A DNA stretch of 64,000 nucleotides, taken from positions 64,358,001 through 64,422,000 of the forward strand of contig NC_086097.1 of assembly GCF_963921235.1 (NCBI RefSeq). The letters are read 5' to 3'. Position 1 is the first letter of the stretch. Each line of letters starts with the position of its first letter. The notes under the pieces were generated by a model. That model saw only the letters and a list, made by a program, of their open reading frames with translations, did not search any database and was not told where the DNA came from. This DNA is from Mobula hypostoma. Taxonomy: Eukaryota. Below are positions 36,570 through 50,797 of this stretch, one piece after another. The translations under genes were made by a program, and so were the position numbers.

Positions 36570-39500
36570 TTGCTTTCTCTGTATAGTTTTGAATAGAGTT
36601 TTTCTCCAGCTGATCTAGTGAATTCCATAGCACCCATGCAGCAATAAAGTTATAAACTCGTCAGATCCACTCTACACTTCTGCTTATTCGTTCGTTGTCA
36701 ATGCCTTGCCGCTGCTGTCCTCAGATCAGTTAAGCTGATCTAAGATCACTTAAGGTGGTGATGTCACTCACTCTCACTCACGCGAGAGATTGACAGTATA
36801 CATCCAGGCGCAGATCTGTGGTCTCGTGAGACTAACGGATGCCACACGCACACATTGTGCTTTTGCAAGCTAGTGTCGACCTGGCACATGCATATTTTGG
36901 CCGGCGTGAAAAATGGATCGATTTTTAGTCAGAAAACGACCTCATCCAGAGGAATCAGTGGTGTCTCAGCCTGAGCAGGTCTTAATTGAAAATGACATGC
37001 AGAAAGAAGTAAGTGGGGATGAGGACGACAGCAGTTCATCGAAGGAGTGTGAGGGCGAAGTAGAACAAGAAATGGAGCGGGATTCGGAAGAGAACTTGGA
37101 TGAAGCTGCTCTTAGTGCCAGTGGGAATACTGTTAGTGATGTTAGCCAGCAGCCTGAGGAAGGACCCTGTCGGCCAGCATTGAAAAAGTACCCTTTGCAA
37201 CAGTTTGGCAATCAGCAAAGGAGTTTTATTCGTGGCTGGTTTGACCTGTACTCCTGGCTGGAATATTCAATCACAAAAGATGCTACATTCTGCTTCACAT
37301 GCAGGCATTTCCTGTGTGGAGGACATGGGTTCCATTCTGAGTCAACCTTCACTGTCACCGGTTACTGCAACTGGCGGAAAGCTACAACAGCTTTCAAGAC
37401 CCACCATGTAAGTGCAGCTCATAAGTTTGCGATGGAGGCATGGGCCGAATTCAGATTGAGAAAACAAGACGGTTCAAGATTGGGAAATATGCTTGATAAA
37501 GGACATGCAAAGATTGTCCAAGAAAATCGTGAGTCTATGAGAGCAGTCGTTGAGTCTCTATGCTATACTGCGTGCCAAGGCATTGTCCAGCGAGGACACC
37601 GGGAGAATGATGAATTTGGCAATAGGGGAAACTTTGTAGAGTTGCTCAGTGTAACTGGGAAGTTTGATAAGACTGTAGCTAAAAAAGAATAAAATAGAGG
37701 ACAATCCTGGAAATGCAAAAAACACCCATCACGATATTCAAGATGAAATTATGGGTATTATGGCAGATATGGTCAGACGTCAAATAAATGCAGAAATCAA
37801 GGAGGCTGGATATTTTGCCATCATAGTGGATGTAAGTAAATACTTGAGTAAAAAGGAGCAAATATCAGTGGTGGTGCGGTATTTGAATAACGAAACAGTA
37901 CTTGAAGAATTTTTGCACTTCACTCCAGCAGAAGGGTTGGATGCAGAGTCGCTTCTTAAAAGCATTAAACAGACACTCGCCCAGTGCGTTATTGATAAGA
38001 ATGCGTGTATAGGTCAGTGTTATGATGGGGTGGCAGCGATGTCCGGGTGCAATAACGGGGTACAAGAGAGGTTCAGGAAAGAGGTCCCGCAGGCATTATA
38101 TATACATTGCCATGCTCACAGACTTAACCTTGTTTTAGTGGATGTTGTGAGCAATGTACGACAAGCAGGTGAGTTTTTTGAAACTATGCAGCTGCTTTAC
38201 AACTTCTTCTCAAACTCTGCTGCCCACAATCTTTTCATGAAGAAACAGAGAGAACTGGAATCAACTGCACAGCAGAGGAGTTGAAGAAATTGTCAGATAC
38301 ACACTGGGCATGGCAGTATACAGTTTTGTGGGCTATAAGGAAATCACTCGCTGCCATTCTAGCTACACTACAGGATATTATGGGTCAACCAAATGCACGG
38401 AGGAAAACGGAGGCCAGAGCTGTAAATGGACTGATTGACGAGCAGTTTGCTTTACTTTTCACTCTGTTTGAGGATTTATTCCGAATCACCAAGTTCACGT
38501 CAGACCAGCTACAATCTCCCAGATTGGAGCTTTCATCCGCTGTGGAATTGGCTCAGTCTGTTATCGATGCACTCTCAGCAAAACGGGGAGAGGAATCATG
38601 GAGGAAAATTCAGACAAGAGCTAGGGACCTGTGAGTCAAGGCCGGTATACAGAGCAGACCACATGAAAGGAAACAGACCCAGCCACCCCGCCGCCTACAT
38701 GATTTTGTTGTTGAGGCCCAAACTGAACGCACACCTGTCACATCCTGTGATACCTTCACAACCACTGTTTCTATCCAGTTATAGACAGACCTCTGACTGA
38801 AATGAAAAGACGGTTCTCAATTGAGACTGGGGTTGTTCTGACTGGAGTCTCAGCACCGAGTCCCAAACACAAGTTCTTCCTAGACAAGAATTGTCTTTGG
38901 CCAATGGCCCAATACTGTGGAGTGACTGAAGTGAACCTGACTGCAGAGCTACATTAGGTTCGGCATCTGCTGGCAATAAAACAAAAGCAAGGACAGACAG
39001 TGACATCCAGAAAATCATTGATGCTTTCGCCACCAATCACAACAACAGACGGATTGTGCTTCTCTGAAAACATTAATGGTGTGTGCAGTTGATTTTTTAA
39101 AAATTTGGGCCAAGACTAATGCTGATTATTATTATTATTATTATTATGTGGTGGATACCCCATAGTCCTTACGTTTCCTGCAAATCCTAAAATATTACAT
39201 TTACTGCTATTAAGCCTACTGGTTTTGCTTAAGACTTCCAAGCGGGTGATTTTTGTTTTAAATTCAATAGCCGAATTAATTGAGGTATTGCATGGTCAGA
39301 GTACGATTTGTCCAACTCCTGGTAAAGCCTTGCATCTGTTGTTTGCCTTATTTGACTTTAATAACGGTGTATCTTTTGCTGTCTCTGTAGCAGTGGGTTC
39401 GTTTTGTGTTTTTCAGTTGAAAAGCACACATTTGACAGTGATTGCGGGATTGGTGCATGATTCACGTTGTCCGCTGTTGCTCGGATGCTCTGTCTGTTTT

Positions 39501-39770
39501 TTTTTTGTTTATGCTCCAGGTAGCCCAGGTTGTCTCCGATACTGTTGACACTGTAACAGTTCACTTCTATATTAGATCTATCAATTGCTGTTGCCTGTGA
39601 ATCAACAGAGGCATTTATAGTAGGTACATAATGCTTGAAATTGACTTTTTATCGCCACGCGTCTGGCCGTGCAAATACATATTACCATACAGTGCATCCC
39701 TCAACACCATCACTGAATCATTCAGCCCCTCCATAGCACCAGCAAGAAAAAATCTCTGGCGCCGCCACTG
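36570..39770 (+). mobile_element. hAT (Tip100/ZMYM1-like) transposon with a disrupted transposase
   Basis: ORFs 36913-38634 contain a TTF zinc finger (WFDLYSWLEYS...FCFTCRHF), RGHRE...GNFVELL, YFAIIVD, CYDG, YIHCHAHRLNL and KLSDTHW. Right terminus TCTGGCGCCGCCACTG. Left TIR and ERSFS dimerisation core not seen. Confidence 0.88.
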
Positions 39771-41429
39771 GAAGGACTTGGAGGACTACGTGCAAAAATG
39801 GGAAACTGGGACTAGCAGGAATGATTCTGTGATATGCATGGCACCAAAGGGCCTATTTCCATCCTGTATTACTCCATGACTCTATGAATACTTCAGAAGT
39901 AACATGCCATTTCTAATTTGTGATGGTAGTTTTTCAAAATGAAACCAACCTTGTGTAAAATTTCTCAATGCGACTTAATATTCGACAACTTAAGGTAACG
40001 CTTTCTCAACCTGTATTAACTCAGCTTGTTTCTTTGTCTTTTTTCCCCTTTTTTTGTGTATATCCTCTTCCTCTGTATTTCACAACTTCCACATTCTTTT
40101 GCCCATTTTCCTTTGTTCATGTTTTCACACCTCCCTTTGCCCACTGACCAGACAACTTCTGAAGAGCTTGTCTCCATCGTTACCTCAGTTTCCCTCTATC
40201 AAAGAGGCATCCCCTCCCTTACTATTCCCGCACCTTTACAGGTGTATTTTACCTCCTTTTCAGTTCTGAAGAAGAATCCCTGAAACTCTCTTTCTCTTCC
40301 CAGAGATATGGTCTGAACTAGTGAATATTTCCAGCATTTTCCATTTTTGTTTCAGATTTCCAGCACCTACACTTTTTTTATTTCTAATTAAAAAATACTG
40401 GAATAGGTTGTGTTACTACAGTTTTTAAAAAAAATAAAATTGATTCAAAGCTGCCACTTAAAAATGGCCAGCTCCATTTGTTCCTCTGTCATGACCAAAC
40501 TTTTACTCAGACAATTATTGATTCCAGGTCACCTGCAAACCTTTATTGGATCCCTCGTGGGGGCCAATGGTATAAACATAGACTTCAGTGGATTTTCTAC
40601 CAGGGCCACTAATTTTAATAAAGCAGTTGTTAGGGAAGTACAGGGTAACTCATTTTGTTTCAAAGTTGGTTGACTTAAAGGTATCCAACTGCAAAGATGA
40701 TCCAGCCCTACTTTATAACCATTTTAAAGACATTTAGCTGATGTTCGTGTTTTTATCATTTTAATATAAAAATTATACAGATATACTTAATTATGAATGT
40801 GCATGAATATATTCTATAAAAGCTTTGAAAGCAGCTAAGTATGAGAGTAATCTCACCAGCTGTCAAAGTAATTCAGAAGACAGACTTGTCTGTAATGCTC
40901 AATAACCCCTGTGCTGCATCATTTCCCAGTGGAAAATTGTGCCTGGGGCCATCTCCGAGAGTGCAGATGATTGGCAGAAAATCAAACTCGTTTATTGGAT
41001 AATTAGAATGAAAATTGAATGAGAAAATGCCCATTTCCGACATTTTGCTTTGATGGACAATGCACCAAGCAGCCAGGAGGAAGGAAAGGACCTTGAAGTT
41101 TCAAATAAAGTCGGATCATCGATCCAATGTACTATCAAAGGAAAGGAGGTTCTAATGCTTAAGAGGACATGCCAATGTGATCGTCCATTAAATATAAGAA
41201 AATAGCTTTTTAAATTATTAGTATCATTTTTTCAATTAGTGTAAAATTTGTAAACAAAGTCTAAATAGTTATCATGTATGAATAAACTTTTCACGGGCTT
41301 TTTTTAGTTATAATGTATTTTACAAATCTGAAATCGATGACTGAATTTGGGGAAAGATATGAAGAAGTGCCCTTTCAGATGTCCCCAGACAATTGAGCCA
41401 ATAAAGTACCTTAAATATAACCACTATTT

Positions 41430-41745
41430 TAATACAAGGAACAGAGCAGCCAATTTGCACAAACTGACTAGAAAATATCTTTCAATTATAAAGACTGAGG
41501 CATTGATAATACAGGAGAGCTCCCGTTCTTCTCTGTGACATCTTACGTCACTGCTTCAATCAGCCAAGAGCGGATGGAAACCTGGTTTAAAACCTCTGAA
41601 AGATTATACTTTCATCAAGTAGCACTCCCTCAATATTGGACTGAAGAAATGGCATAGAGATTTCTCTTCGTGTCTGTAGAATGAGATATGAATCGTTAAT
41701 TTTTGCCTGAGAAACAAAGGTGCAACCAACTGAGCCTTAGCTGAC
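41430..41745 (-). mobile_element. Old Deu-SINE-like (SacSINE1/AmnSINE-like) remnant; a second copy at about 51300-51510
   Basis: ggtttaaaacctctgaaaga...gcactccctcaatattggactg...accaactgagcc resembles this SINE type as I recall it; heavily decayed. Confidence 0.45.
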
Positions 41746-42688
41746 AAAAGCAAAAAAAGTTTGGTAAGGCCTTATGAGCTGATGGAAAGTGAGTGGTTTC
41801 AGAAAAAGAATATATTTCTACTGGTTTCAAGTCAAGACTGCAATCATCCATTCATCTGAAGTACAGCACCAACAACTCTCAAAAAGTTCAATACCTTCAA
41901 GGGCAAAGCAACCTGCTCCATCAACTACCCAAAAATCTGCTCCCTCCATTATCAGTAAACAGTGGTTATAGCACCCAAGATCTATAAAATCTTCTGCACA
42001 GGGTATTATGACAAGAGTTCACAAACCTAACAGCTCTGCTGCCAGGAAGGAAAAGAGTAGCAGGATCAATTGCTCTCTGAGTCATAGATTATTCTGACTT
42101 GGTAATATGCTGTTCAAACTTCAGTCACTGGGTCTAAACATAGGAAATTCCTTCCCAAAGGACTACCTTCAGTAGAAGAAGGCAGGTCAACACCATCTTC
42201 TTAAGGGCAGTTAGAGATGGGCAAAAACACTCATCTTATCAACAATACCTAGATCCCAAAAATGAATTTTATTTAAAAACATTCCCAATTTAATCAAAAT
42301 AGGTATACCAACATAATCCATTCATTGTCTTTAAGTTATTTGTACAATATATTTGCAGGATCTCTAGTAAAACAGATTTCCTACAAAGCTAACTCATTAT
42401 TTATTTTGCCTGGTAGTCATAGTGACGTAATTTCAAGAAGCAAAGTTAATGTCCCATTTCTGCAAAAACAATTAAGCACACCATGCTGCACCACTGAATA
42501 TCACCTTACGGTATTCACAAAATAATGAAGCAACAACTACCCCAACTTAAACATCAAATTCCTCTCAGTACAGCGGACCATTATCCAAACAGATTGATGC
42601 AAAGAAAATTTATCAAATCTCAAATAAATAGAGTCTCAGTTTCACAAATTAATACTTCTCATACAATAAAAAAAAGCTTTATGCTTAC

Positions 42689-42799
42689 CTTTTTGCTTTA
42701 GATTGGCTTCAATGGTCACAAAGTTTTCAAAGAAGACATAGTAAATGTGTGAATATGTTTGATCGAAGAATGGCTTTAAATCATTTGGTTCAGAGTTTT
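42689..42799 (-). CDS. RALGAPA1: RALGAPA1 coding exon 2
   Basis: Acceptor ttgcag, 111 nt, donor gtaagc. Phase-compatible with exon 1 and reads (E)[36 protein letters not shown](G). Confidence 0.95.
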
Positions 42800-43329
42800 C
42801 TGCAAGTTAAAAAAAAGAGGGCTGATATCTCAAATTTATTTCACAATATATCTAACATTAAGTCAAGTTTACTCTACAATCCTAAAACCAATGAAGCTGG
42901 AGTTCAGATTCTGCAAACATGACTGTAAAGTCTAGAGACAGTGGATCTAATCCTACCTCAGGTACAAATACAAATATGTCACACAGTAGTGCTAAGATAC
43001 TTAAAGACAATTATTATTGCAAAATGATCAGCAAGGCAAAGATCTGGCAGTACAGGAAATAACTCTGATCTTTTAAACTCTAAAATTACCTTTCTATAGT
43101 TGCTAACAAATAGACCATAACTACTGATCCATGAAACAAATTATTTTTATAAATTTAGTTCCTTTAAAAATTACAAACATGCTTTCTCCTCACGATTTTC
43201 CTGCAGATAAAAGCCAAATCTCTTTGCTGCCATGTTTGCGAGCTGCATAACTATCCTAAGCTTGTGCTTAAAGTTGCTTTGGAATGGCACTCAGTTCACT
43301 TGCAAAATGACCTTTTTATATCATTTGTG

Positions 43330-44000
43330 AAATCAGAATCGAATTAGGTTTATTATCACTGACATATATCATGAAATTTATTGTTTTATGGTAGCAGTAC
43401 AGTGCAATAAAACTTACTAAAAATTACAATAAGAAATATTTATAAAAATTAACTAACTAGTTCAACAAGACAGCAAAAATAGTGTAGTAGTGTTTATGGG
43501 TTCATTGTCCATTCAGAAATCTGATGGCAGAGGGGAAGAAGCTGTTTCTAAAACTATTGATCCTGTTTCTTTGGGCTCCTGTAACTCCTCTCTAATGGTG
43601 GCAATGAGAAGAGGGCATGTCATGGGTGGTGATGTATGACACCCTCTGAGGCATCACCTTTTGATGGTCGGGAGACTGGAGCCTCTGATGGCGCTGGCTG
43701 AGCTTCAGCATTTTCCAATGCCGGGCAGTGGCCCCGCCATACCAAATGATGATGCAACCAGTTAAGAATGTTCTCCACTATACATCTGTAGAAATTTGCT
43801 AATGCAAACACGAGGAAATCTGCAGATGCTGGAAATTCAAGCAACACACACAAAATGTTGGTGGAACGCAGCATCTATAGGAAAAAGTACAGTCAACGTT
43901 TCGGGTCGAGACCCTTTGGCAGGACTAGACTTTTTGCTGGACGTTTTGGTGACTTACCTACTCTCCTCAGACTCCTAATGAAATACAGGCACTGGCATGT
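43330..44000 (-). mobile_element. Rex1/Babar-like 3' fragment containing an older PLE pLTR piece (about 43803-43926)
   Basis: aatcagaatc tail and NFYRCIVENIL peptide. The insert resembles the PLE 3' end with a degenerate hammerhead. Confidence 0.65.
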
Positions 44001-44593
44001 CTTTTATGAGAGGGCATGGTTTTTATTTGACAATATTTAATGCCAGTGTTAACAGACATATGCAAAGCATGTGACAAAACAAATAAAGAGAAACTACAAA
44101 TGCAAATAAATGGTGTTACACTGGGGCAAAATATCCCAGGAGTGCTATTGAACTAAGTATCACAGGAGCCATGTTAGAAAAGGGCACCATGACAGATGAC
44201 CAATTGCTTGGGAGAAGGCTGAACTATAAATAACGGAGTGAATAAATCTGAGATAACCAACGCAAACATAAATAGAAGATATCCAAAATGTTTAAAGGTT
44301 GCAAAAAAATTACAGATCGCCGCAGGAGAAAAACGGAAAGAAAATTTTAAAATAATCATCAAAAACCACATATGCTGGAAATCTATCCTCACATTGGCTA
44401 AATTTATCCTCACGTTGAACAACTTCTTCAACTTCAATCACCTTCTCCAGATCAAAGTTATCAGTGTAAACACCCACATAGTACCAAGCAAAACCTATCT
44501 TTTACAGGATATGTGGAATAACCTTTAGTTCAACTTTGCTCAGGCCAACTTCCTCTACTATTTCACAATTATTTTGATGACTACATTGGAGTT

Positions 44594-44830
44594 ACATAGA
44601 AACATAGAAAACATACAGCACAATACAGGCCCTTCGGCCCACAAAGCTGTGCCGAACGTGCCTCTACCTTAGAACTACCTAGGCTTTACCCATAGTCCTC
44701 TATTTTTCTAAGCTCCACATAGCCATCCAGAAGTCTCTTAAAAGACCCTAGCATTTCCGCCTCCACCACCGCCAGCAGCCCATTCCACGCACTCACTACT
44801 CTCTGCATAAAAAACTTACCCCTGACATCT
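44594..44830 (-). mobile_element. CR1 3' fragment
   Basis: acatagaaacatagaaaacata tail; DVRGKFFMQRVVSAWNGL peptide. Confidence 0.75.
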
Positions 44831-45019
44831 GTTGTTTTCAGAATTACCACAGAAAGAGAAAATTCCAGATCTTTTGCTACCAATTTCCACCTTCCTTTAA
44901 TGTGGTCCATCTTTGTCCTTCTTCATAGCCAAAGCACAACCACAAGCTCACAAAGTCCCAAAGCATTCTTGATTATATTTGTTCCTGCAAATATTCCATT
45001 TTCCCCGCAACATATTTGC

Positions 45020-45570
45020 TTCAATGACGAGACTTGCTACATAAGTGCCTCTGAAATGTCTTCCTTCTTCCTGACCCAGCGTCCCCTCCTTTGATCACAT
45101 CTCATCTATTTCCTGCACTTCTAACGTCCTATCACCCCCACCCCACCATCACTGTATTTTCCTCTCCTCAACTTTACAAGTTTCTAACCCATACTTTTGT
45201 CCTCATGTTCTCAAGCAATCATAGGATCCGTAATATGTCTTTCAGCACCCCCCTTTCCACCATCCAAAAACCCAGTTTCCCAACAAAGCAATGCTTCATT
45301 TACACATCTTCCAATTGGCATACTGTGTTTGTTGTTCACAATGTGGACTCCTTTGCATTCAAAAGATCAAACACAGATTGAGTAATCCTTTTATGGAATG
45401 AATCCGAGCATCCAGTTGCCTGCCACTTTAATCTTTCATCCACATTCCTTTCTGATCTGTCTGTCGCTTTGTGCACTATTTAAAAAGGGCCCACAAGTTT
45501 GAAGACCAATACTTCATTTTCCAACTATGTACATTGCAACCTTCTGAACAATATTGAGTCCTTCAACTTT
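45020..45570 (+). mobile_element. Highly decayed PLE fragment
   Basis: Patchy similarity to the PLE C-terminal region (atgtcttccttcttc, ccagttgcctgccactttaat). Confidence 0.5.
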
Positions 45571-46544
45571 TAGGTTGCTCACACTTGTCCTCCTATATGC
45601 ATTTCTGTCAGTTATTCACCTCATCATTTTGGCTTAGTTCTTCTATCTCCAATTAGTATAATCCAGCCTGCTAGTCATGGTCCATAGGCTATGTAATATA
45701 CAACTCAGGCAAAGAAGCATAGTATGCTTCTAAATCCCATATTAATCCATTTGATCTTACTCTACCAATAGTCCTTTTGTTATTTCGATTCCTGCCTCAC
45801 TTACTGTGCCAATGAAAACAAACTTTTTTCTGTTTTTCCTAATTCTGCAAAGGGGTTTCACATCTCAAAAGTTAACTATACAGTGGTTTTTGGTTAATTG
45901 GACCAGCCACTTATTTGAAACAACTCAAAGAACAAAAATTGCTGAAATTCCCTTTGTTTATTTGAGAAACTATGCTGTATAATTGGGGCAGGAGACCATT
46001 GCCAAACAGGTTCTAACTAGTGTCACTCGTCCGTACTTGAGTGGCTGCTAGATCCTACACCATGTTAATAGAGGGAAGAGTATTTAAATAGGGTCAGTTG
46101 CACGTGTTTGATGATTTTTATCACTGATAGTTGGTGAGAAATGAGTAGTTAGACAATTCAGAACTATTTTGCTCACCGTGGTTTCAAGTATTCAAGCTTG
46201 GGGATGCCAGAAACGTTAGGAGTGAAAAAGAAATGACTTTACTACTTCACCAAGTTAGAAACTACAAAGAATTTATCAATCACCTTGAATGCCTCAATGA
46301 AAATGTAGAATTGGAGGATGCAATTGTTAACAGCAATCTATGAAAGCACTAGGTATCTGCACTGAGTTCATTTTGTACACTGGATGAATTCCTCCATTGG
46401 TAACTATTAGGAACGAAGACAGTTTTATAGTACTGTAGTGCTATTGGTAGTGTTCTAATCTGTGCTGTACTTCATTTAAATACGCAATTTATTACTGTCT
46501 TTTTAAAAAAAAATACCTTTTAGACTAACGAACAAACACTTCAT

Positions 46545-47520
46545 GGGCTTCCAGCTGGGTACAAGTATCAATTTTAACTGATGTTTCAATGACAAACTCT
46601 GCCATCTTCATCAGGGAGGATACCTGGGCATGTCAAGTCAGGTAGTATATATACATTCCCTCTGTCTGTCCCTCCATATTGGATGAGTATTAATCGATCA
46701 GATTACCGCTGTCCCACTCTGCTTACAATCAAGTTCCAGTTCTTACTTGGAGCGAGACTTTCGTCTTTGTTAAAATTCTTTTCTCTAGATTTATTTCTAT
46801 GGCTTCCTTAACCAGGCAGTCCCAAAAGCCATTGGTGCGGCACATTAGTTTCATGCTGTTGAAGTCAATCCTATGGCTATTGCGAATGCAATATTCTGCT
46901 ATCACTTGTCTTCCCTATATTTCCAGTTTCTGGAAGGATTGCCAGGACCCTGAAAAAAAATACCTAATTAATACCATCCACGACTCCAGAAGGAAGCTCA
47001 AATTGTAACTGATACGGGTCAAAGATGATCTGGGATTCAGGACGGCTGGAGTTTACAAGCTTCCCTGTGATTGCAGTACAGCATCACGGTGCAAGGGGTT
47101 GTGTCCGTTTGGATTACCCAGTGCAATCGACGGTAGCAGGACACTGCATTCGCAATGGCCATAGAATTAACAAACAGCACAAAACTACTATGCTGCACCA
47201 ATGGGTTTTAGGACTGCCTAGTAAAGGAAGCCATTGAAATAAAACTAGAGAAAAAGAATTTTAAGAAAGACGAAAGTCTCGCTCCAAGTAAAAACTGGAA
47301 TTTGGTTGTAAACAAGGTGGGACAGCAGAAACCTGACTGGATGAGGACTAACCAATCAGGAAGGATGGACGACAGGGGTATTCTACCATCGGACTAGACA
47401 TGCCTAGGCATCATTCCTGATGAAGATGGCAGAGTATGTCATCAAAACGTCGGGGGGGGGGGAGAATCGCTACTTGTACCCGGCTGGAAGCCCAAGAAGA
47501 GTTTATTCGTCATTCGCTGG
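46545..47520 (+). mobile_element. Second-family PLE remnant with long inverted repeats
   Basis: About 360-bp inverted arms (46545-46905 vs 47130-47495). Central GIY-YIG remnant KDDLGFRTAGVYKLPCDC. Each arm carries CTGATGA...(G/A)AAAC. Confidence 0.75.
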
Positions 47521-48679
47521 GAAAGCACTGGATCCTTTTTCACCTTTTTAACTGTTTCCATGAAACTCTGACGCTCAAAATGGACTTGTCCTGATGCATC
47601 CCAATTAAACGGAATCCACTGAATTTTCTTTCCATGCTGCCATATGACAACTGAACAGTCATTGCATTCTCCTGTTTATATAACAAGCTGTCAACCTGAA
47701 AATAAAAAAGAACTGCGGATGCTATTTTTAAGCTGTAGAGGGGCAGGGGAAGAATTGACATGATTAGCTTAAGGGGTCTTTGACCTGAAGTGTGTCTCTC
47801 TCCATAAATGCTGTTTGATCCACTGAGTACTTTGTTTTAAAAAAAATGAAGAATTGATTAACTATGATTTAGTGCAAGTCAAAAAATACCAGGGTCATAG
47901 GATCGTATCATACATGGTTGTATTGCACTGAACCCTAGTTGTATCGTACAGTAACTAACATGTAGCTTTTGATCAATGAAGATACAAATACACTGTTTTA
48001 AGCACAAAATATTTATTAGAATACTGGTTCAAATCCCACAACACATCCTAAAAATGCACAGGTTATCAGGTTAACTGATCACTGTACAATTACCCTAGCC
48101 ATTGGTCATTGCAACTTGGTGGGCCATGTTTCTCTGATAATATTCTATACTTAATCAAAATTATACCAAAACAATAAAACCTTATTGACCAAGGAACATT
48201 AAATAAGTTTGCCACTTTTTCCCCCTCCAAAGTTTGGAATGGGGGCGGGGAGAAAGGGGGCTTGGGGTGGAAATAAGTTAACCTAGTTGTTGAGGTCTTT
48301 ACTAATAATAAAAGATTTCAATAGCATAAACTGGGGGGACTGATTCTCCTTGCTGGTGAGCCCAGAACTAATTAAGGTAAAAACATCAAAATAGGCAAAT
48401 ACAATTTCTATATCTGAAGGGGAGGGGTTAGAATCAGGAAGACATCCACATACAGCAACTAAACTAATCAGCGACATATTTTAAGGAAACCTAAAGAATG
48501 GAGCAGATCAAGGAATAAATTCATTTTTGTATGTTGATACTGCAAAAACTATTGAAATACCACATCTCTATGATGCATAATCAAAAAAATCTAATAAACT
48601 ATTTCTCTTAAACGAGTTCAATATTGCCAAAAGAGGCACCAAGACTAAGGAATGAGAAAAATTTCAAGTGGAGGACCAC

Positions 48680-49850
48680 GGCACGATTAGGGAAAAGCAG
48701 AATACAAGAGTTGGTTAGCAAGAAATGTAAAGAACAAAGTCTTTCCAAGAACATGTAAAAAGGAAAAAATAAACTGGAGTTAATGTGGGTCTCATAAATT
48801 GAGAAAGAATAAATTGCCTTAAGAAACAAGCAACTGGCAGATAAATTAAACATTTTGTGTTGTCTTCATAAAACTCTTTTGGAAATAATGCAGCACTACA
48901 AATGAAGTGCTCCACTATAAAATTACCCACACAGTTGTTGGAAGGAGTTCAGAAAGCAGGGATCTAAAGGCCAGTTAGCCTGACATCAGAATGAGAGAAA
49001 AAACTGAAACCTATTGTTAATAAATAAGGCAATCAGAAAAAATAATTGGGCAGAATCAACAAAGATTTATCTGGAAGGTTTTTTTTAAAAAGGTTGTAAC
49101 TAGTAGAACAAATAACAGTGAACAAACAGATGTAGTGTATTTGACCTTCCAGAGGTCTTTGATAACATGCCCCATAAAGCCATTAAAAAAATTTAAAGCA
49201 CTGAGTATTGGGGGTAACTTACTGACATAATTAACATGGATTAAGTAATTGCCAGAAAGCAGTACAAATAAATGGGACCTCTTCACATTAGGAGGTTGTG
49301 ACTATTGGAGCACTACATGACTGGGGTCCCAGACATTCACAATCTACATCGATGTTTTGGCAAGAGGACTAAGTGCATTTTATCCAGATTTGCTTAATAT
49401 AAAGTCAAGTGATAGTGTCAAATGTAAGGAGGTTGCAGAGAGGATTTGGGGATATAGTAAAAAAAAAGAGAAAAGACAGGCAGATAGAAAATAATGAGGA
49501 AAAGTGTGAGGTTTTCCTCTTAGGTAGAACTGAAATACAAAGGTAGGGTATTTTTTAATGATCAGAGATTGAAAGGTATTGGTGATTAAAGGAATCTGTA
49601 TGTCCTTGACACGGTTAGGAAGCCAAACAACATGGTAACTTTTATCGCAATAAGTGTTTGAGGATATTATTATTAGAAAAGTCTTACTCTTTGACAAGTC
49701 TGCATTGCACCTGGAACATTGAGAATAGGTGTGGCCTCCCTATCAACAGAAAGATAACATTTGTAGTGAAGGAAAGGCAGAAAGGGTTTACCAGATTCAT
49801 TCCTGAAATGAAAGGTTTGGACTCTATTTCTAGAATTTAGAATAATGAGG
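48680..49850 (+). mobile_element. Highly decayed CR1 LINE
   Basis: ggccagttagcctgacatcag, gatgtagtgtatttgacctt and cagaaagggtttaccagatt are colinear with CR1 ORF2. Confidence 0.6.
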
Positions 49851-50797
49851 TAACCAGCCAGAACTTTCTCGTATTTACATACGACATAGAAAGCCTTCTG
49901 CAATATCAATTGTTTAGATAGTGAAGAGAAATGCAATGTATTTATTCATTATCTCAATCCTGCTCTCTCCTTCTTTGGTTTCCTTTTGATCCTGATCAAC
50001 TCCACTATTCTACTCTTTAAAAATATCAATTTTATTTCTTGTATATACAGAGATCTTGTTTCTTTCTTCAAATCCTTTCTCAGACACCAAGTTCCCTTTT
50101 ATTCTCTATAAACTGCCAGCTTTCTGCCGTTTCCAGTATCTGACATATATCAAACATTTTGTTTTAACCCCATCTTGCAAACTTATCCTCTCCCTGCCTT
50201 TTTAAACAAAAGATTATTGAACATGTTTATTGAATGTTGTGGGATTTGAAGCAAAATTTGAGCTGGTACTTTCATCTACCCTCACAAAAATAATTGGGGC
50301 CTATTGATGATAAAGTTAAGGGGGGGGGAAACTTTGACTTAGTAAAAAGGAATTAAATCTAAAAGCCAAGTTACACTGGTCTGGGGTCTGTCGAGGGGAA
50401 TTCTGCATCTTCCACTTTAGCAAGGATAGCAGATATCTCAAAAAGAATACAAAAGAAATTTACCAAAATGAAAAAAAAAGTTAAAATATCATTGGAGTAA
50501 CTGGGATTAACTTCTGAGAACAATAAAGGTTAAAAGGAAGCTCCAAAGGATGTTTAGACTGTTGTTCGGTAACCTATTCCAACAAACAACAGCTAAACAT
50601 TATTTGGTCATTAGCAAACTTACATTTTGGGGACTGGCAGTGTAAAATGACTGCCTGTTTTTTCCCCCTCCAAATTGTATTAGACTTTTTAAACTAAGTA
50701 CTTCTGGGTGTTTCATATCTTGAAAGAAAATGTATATATAAATATTCATTTTTATTGGCAAGTTTGAGTGGGAAAAAGAAATTGTATTCACTGAACA

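Noticed and set aside
36913..38634. ZMYM1-like host gene or domesticated transposase
   Set aside because: Frameshifts and stops, a missing dimerisation core, a retained transposon terminus and an intronic location indicate a dead hAT copy.
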